Of a stretch of DNA of 64,000 nucleotides, positions 62,201 through 64,000 are shown in pieces (position 1 is the stretch's first letter; each line of letters opens with the position of its first letter). Both the position numbers and the translations under genes were made by a program. Where the stretch lies: positions 13,766,001 through 13,830,000 of the forward strand of contig CM075991.1 of assembly GCA_038087875.1 (NCBI GenBank), read 5' to 3'. The stretch comes from Malacoraja senta (taxonomy: Eukaryota). A model generated the notes under the pieces. That model was not told the origin of the DNA, searched no databases, and worked only from the letters and a program-made list of their open reading frames with translations.

Positions 62201-64000
62201 TCCTTGGTAAACAAGCATCTGCAGTTCCTTGTCTCCTCCAGGACTATTGTGCGGATGTTGCTGGGACCCTTTGAGCTATCAGTGAGTTCTATGGTTGGTA
62301 CATGTGAACACGACCATGCAGACATGGTGGGCAGGTGTGAGGTGCACTGACCAACATCGAACATCGGAGGCGACCCTGAGCTTCAGGCAAGGACCGGGCG
62401 GGTGAAGATGGTCATGGCCACATAGTCTCCTTTATAGCCAAGTCACAAGCTCTCTTGATGGGTCAAAGGCAGAGGTGTTGCTCGCCCCATGGGTGGGGAA
62501 GGTGAGAGGCCTTGACATGGTTTTGATGGAAGCCACTGGGATTCAGAACATTTTACACGATGGCCAGATATTTTAAGCACCATTGAATGTGCGGGGATCT
62601 GTTCTAAATAAGGAGTAAGGCATTTAGAACGGAGACAAGGAAACACATTTTCTCACAGAGAGTGGCGAGTCTGTGGAATTCTCTGCCTCAGAGGGCGGTG
62701 GAGGCCGGTTCTCTGGATGCTTTCAAGAGAGAGCTAGATAGGGCTCTTAATGATAGCGGAGTCAGGGGATATGGGGAGAAGGCAGGAACGGGGTACTGAT
62801 TGTGGATGATCAGCCATGATCACATTGAATGGCGGTGCTGGCTCGAAGGGCCAAATGGCCTACTCCTGCACCTATTGTCTATTGTCTATTGTCTAAATGG
62901 AGCTGCTGATAAGGACAGTAACATCAATATGTTCAAAATACACCACGAACAAGCTGGAACAACCCATTGTGGTACCATGAGAATAGTGGGACTGAAGTGT
63001 AAAGAAGCGAGATTGACTGTACACTTGTAGAGTGTAATATTGATAATGAAATGAAAAACCACATAAGAACAGTTCAGTTTATTATCACGTGCACTGATGT
63101 ACATTGAAAAGCTTCTTTGTTATGTTCTATCCAGTCAGCGGAAAGACTATACAACATTACAATCCAGCCATTCACAGTGTATAGATACATGGTAAGGCAA
63201 TAACGTTTAGTGCAAGATAAAGTCCGGTAAATTCCCATTAAAGATAGTCTGAGGGTCTCCATTGAGGTAGATGGTAGCTCAATCTTGTTGGTATGTTGAC
63301 TGATACAAACTGCCTGGATGAGGGGATATTACCTACAAGGAAAGGTTGTGCAACTTGGATAGTTTTCTCTACAATGTCCAATGCCAAGGGAAGACCGGAT
63401 AGAATTATGTAAAATTATGAGTAGCGTTGATTTCTCTAACTTCAAGTAATCCTTGCTTTCCCTCTCTCTCCATCCCTCCCCCACCCTAGTTCTCCGACTA
63501 GTTTCACTGTCCTCCTCATTAGATTTTACAGATTTTATGCTTCGTTGTCACCTTCTCCTCAATTAACCATGAACCATTCTACATCTCCTCGATCATCATC
63601 GACTTTGATCTGTCGTTTTCACACCTCGCCCTTCCATATCTCTAGTTGCCTGCTCCCCCTCGAATCTCAGTCTCAACAAGGGTCTCGACCCAAAACGTCA
63701 CCCATTCCTTCTATCCGGAGATGCTGCCTGTCCCGCGGAGTTACTCCAGCATTTTGTGTCTATCTTCGGTGTAACCAGTTCATTCTTACACAGAGGAACG
63801 ATCAGGCCTGATGACTTCCCAACCTCTGTAAAAGGCCAGCAGGGAAACCATCCAGTGACAAGGAGAAGCCACAGACACAACGCCAGTCTGAAACAGACTG
63901 CATGCAAGAGCAGAAAAGTAGGAAGTATTCTGAAAAAAACATAATTAAGAACTATTTTCATTGGGTTTGTGGTATCTGGAACTTGTGATTAGTGTAGTCG

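Overview
Eukaryotic, repeat-dense genomic DNA from a cartilaginous fish, probably a skate or ray (inferred from HE1/V-SINE, CR1/HER1 and Penelope content). The only protein-coding gene is PLEKHA2 (TAPP2, tandem PH-domain adaptor) on the minus strand. Seven coding exons with canonical GT-AG boundaries run from the ATG at 36987 to 2067, and the gene continues beyond position 1. The last visible exon is 68 nt instead of 69, a 1-nt frameshift in the second PH domain. The rest is intronic or upstream DNA with about 35 V-SINEs, CR1, Rex-Babar, L2 and Tx1 fragments, Penelope pieces, hAT and Harbinger-like MITEs, a tandem Helitron-like element containing a solo LTR, and a 200-N gap. Main discovery: two different short elements (844-1020 +, 46333-46475 -) each begin with a 52-nt minimal HDV-like ribozyme fold. 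Both have the same L3 loop as the mammalian CPEB3 ribozyme, different but complementary stems, and AAG-type tails, so they look like ribozyme-headed non-autonomous retroelements. A second ribozyme-like system is the set of high-copy Penelope-derived mini-elements, which carry a minimal hammerhead-like motif and often fold back at or near it. All folds and family assignments were made by eye from remembered consensus sequences; none were run computationally.
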